From Antechinus flavipes (lineage: Eukaryota), in contig NC_067400.1 of NCBI RefSeq assembly GCF_016432865.1, positions 554,466,001 through 554,530,000 of the forward strand: DNA of 64,000 nucleotides. Direction: 5' to 3'. Position numbers and translations under genes: made by a program. The notes under the pieces are model-generated. The model saw only the letters and a program-made list of their open reading frames with translations, was not told the DNA's origin and made no database searches. This document shows, one piece after another, positions 61,442 through 64,000 of the stretch. Numbering within the stretch: the stretch's first letter is position 1; each line of letters opens with the position of its first letter.

Positions 61442-64000
61442 AATATTTGGCGCATAGGAAGCACTTAATAAATATTAATTGCTTGAATCCTAACACTAAC
61501 AGTGATGATGACAACAGCTTGCATGTATATAAAGCTTTGTACTTTACAAATATTACCTTATTTTATACTCAAACAAATCTAGGAATTAGGTGCTATTTTT
61601 ATCCCTATTTTACAGATCAGGAAAGTAAGGTGAAATAATTTGCTCTGGATCACATGTGATATATATTTGAGGCTTGTTGGGATGCCCTGTGCTCTTGACT
61701 CCATACCTGGCAATCTATCTACTGTGCCACCTATTGCCCTATTACAGTGTTATTTCTACCACACTAGTTAATTAGCATTTATACAGGACTTTAAAAGTTT
61801 CTGAAGCATTTTAGATATATATTATCTTTTGATCTTTACAACTTCTCTGGGTTGTAAGTACACATAATAACGCTATTTTACTGAAGAAGGAACTGATTTG
61901 GAGGAAATAAAAAGTTATTCTGGAATCAGAGGACCTGGGTTCATATCCTATTGTTGACACAACTCTATAATGGTGCATATGCTATTTAACTTGTCCAGGT
62001 TTCAAACTCTTTCATTGATAAATGAATTAATTGACCTAAGGGTATATCTATGATCCTTAAGTATAAGAGCCATGAGATTGGCCCTTACCTTTTGACTCAA
62101 GCTTCAGTGGTCTTTTCACTCTCTACAAAGTCTCTCTCCTTTCCCCTTTCCCTTAGTCCAACATCCTTTCCCAGGTTTCATTCCCCATCTGTATTATGTG
62201 AATGACCCTGTCATACTTAACCTGTGGAGAAGGGGGCTATTCTCCATCATAGCAGTCTTCACTTATAGCAGGGAAGGTTCTCTGCCTCTCAGTCTCTTTC
62301 CAGATTACTGCCTGAGCCCTGGAATCCTTTTCCCAGAGAGGAATCTTTTTTTTTTCCTCAAGGATACATAGGGATTATATTGCAAATCCCAGGGCTGGGA
62401 TGGCAGAGCAAAGAAACTAAGAGTCTGATTCTCTCTGAGGCACAAGTGATTGATACCAAGCTGAGTACTAAGTGGATGGGGATGAGGGAAATAGAGAAAG
62501 AGAATGATGAAATGGTGTGTATATATACTGGAGAAGAAGACATCTATGGATTAGGAGGAATGGAAGAAACAGCCTGTTATGTTATAAAATAACTGAATTT
62601 AAGAGTAAAAAACCATTGAATGCATGGTACACTCCTTCTGACTAATTGGATTTTGGTTCAGATCCTTTCTCTGATGCTTAGTTTTTGACCTTGCATAAGG
62701 TCATCTATCTCCCTGGCTCTCAATTTCTTCATTTGAAATATTAAGATTTAGACAAAATGTTTTCTTAGGACCTTTTTAGTGTCTACTATAATTCTGAGAT
62801 CTAGGTTCATACCTTGACCCTGCTAATTATTACCTGTGTTAATAAATTGGATAAATCATTTAATCTTTCTGGGTTTCAGTTTTTTCACTTGCAAAGTTTG
62901 AAAGTTTAAATATTGTGAATTTTAAAAGGCTTAGAGTCAGCTGAGGGCATCACCATCTCTTCTTTTCCATCAGGAAAAGATCTAGCATCACTACAAAATC
63001 TATGTAAAAAGATCTTTTAAGTTCCTTACAGCTCTCATATCATCACTGACTTAATTCCACAAGGCACTTCATGAATTCAGGTCCTTTCTCTTTTTCTTTC
63101 CCTCAAAACAAAGGCTCACATCATTATTTCTCTACTATTGTACATATTTCTTTCATGATTTCCAGTCTCCACTCTCCCACTCTTACTCAGTATGTCTCAA
63201 TAGAAAATTACACTTAAACCAAGACACCCTGCCATCCACCTTCCTCCCTACTTTTTTATCCATAGCAATCTTTCCCTGTGTTTCTACTGGACTTTTGTCC
63301 AAAGGCTTGTGGCTCAGTTACCAACCCAATCTAAGTAAAGCTGTTTTATTTCTCCTTCCCTTTGTTGCTTTGGAACATATCAGACACAGACTTATGAGAT
63401 ATTTCTCTTCCTCTTTCAAACCCCCCCCCCATGCATGTCTACTGTGATGAATGCAAGTTCAATCCTTGTCTCCTTTCAGTTATTCCTGGAGCCCCATTCC
63501 AGTAGGATATTGAGGGTTTTAATTGTCTTATCTCTATCCTCTACTACTGACAAGGACTGTATTACTTACCAAAACAGCAGCATACATCATCCATTCATGA
63601 GGAGAGCAATTGGATTGATCATGTCTGTCTACAGCTTTCTTATGACACTGCCAAGAAACCTCATGGGGTTTGGGGAGAGGAGAAATATTGCTAAAAATGT
63701 TCTGTGTGATGTGTGTATGTGTTTTCCCAGATGACTTTGAAGGCAGAAATATATATATTTCTATGCTAGTCTGTTCTTTGTACTCAGTAAAAATTTTTAA
63801 CAAACAGAATTAACATACAGGATTTAAAGTCAAACTCTTCACAGTGGTCCTTTAATGTCTGCATCCACATTACCTATATAGCATTAGACTCACTCATTAA
63901 ACTAAGCAAACAACATATCTTTATTGAACTTCTACTCTATTCACATCCCTGCTTGGCACTGTGGCAAATTTTAAAATAATAACAATAATTCAAAGTCCCG

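Noticed and set aside
1-64000. CRISPR arrays, operons, tRNA or rRNA genes
   Set aside because: None seen. The tRNA-like A/B boxes all belong to SINEs, and the DNA is mammalian.

Overview
AT-rich, CpG-depleted mammalian genomic DNA. The repeat content (marsupial-type L1 3' ends, WSINE1/MAR1-like SINEs, MIR, L2, CR1, hAT MITEs) points to a marsupial, plausibly a dasyurid; this is inferred, not confirmed. The window is part of the class I (OR51) olfactory receptor cluster and holds five intact, intronless, minus-strand OR CDSs. Three are close paralogs (328-1293, 10275-11240, 20252-21217), one is a divergent 369-aa OR51-like receptor (30326-31435), and one is a clear OR51E2 (PSGR/Olfr78) ortholog (55392-56354). 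The first 20.5 kb is a ~9.95-kb tandem duplication whose junction lies inside the middle OR, making that gene an in-frame chimera of its two neighbours; gene-conversion-like patches are also visible. The 369-aa receptor has lost both cysteines of one ECL2 pair and carries a ~55-60-aa Ser/Thr-rich tail ending in a PDZ-type motif (DTPV). The OR51E2 ortholog differs from my recalled human/mouse sequence at pocket positions 158 and 180. The rest is interspersed repeats, including a solo LTR with a 6-bp TSD and a young L1 stub with a 16-bp TSD, plus two N gaps. There are no prokaryotic features, CRISPR arrays or RNA genes, and no wholly new system is supported. Repeat family names and ortholog comparisons are from memory and need database confirmation.
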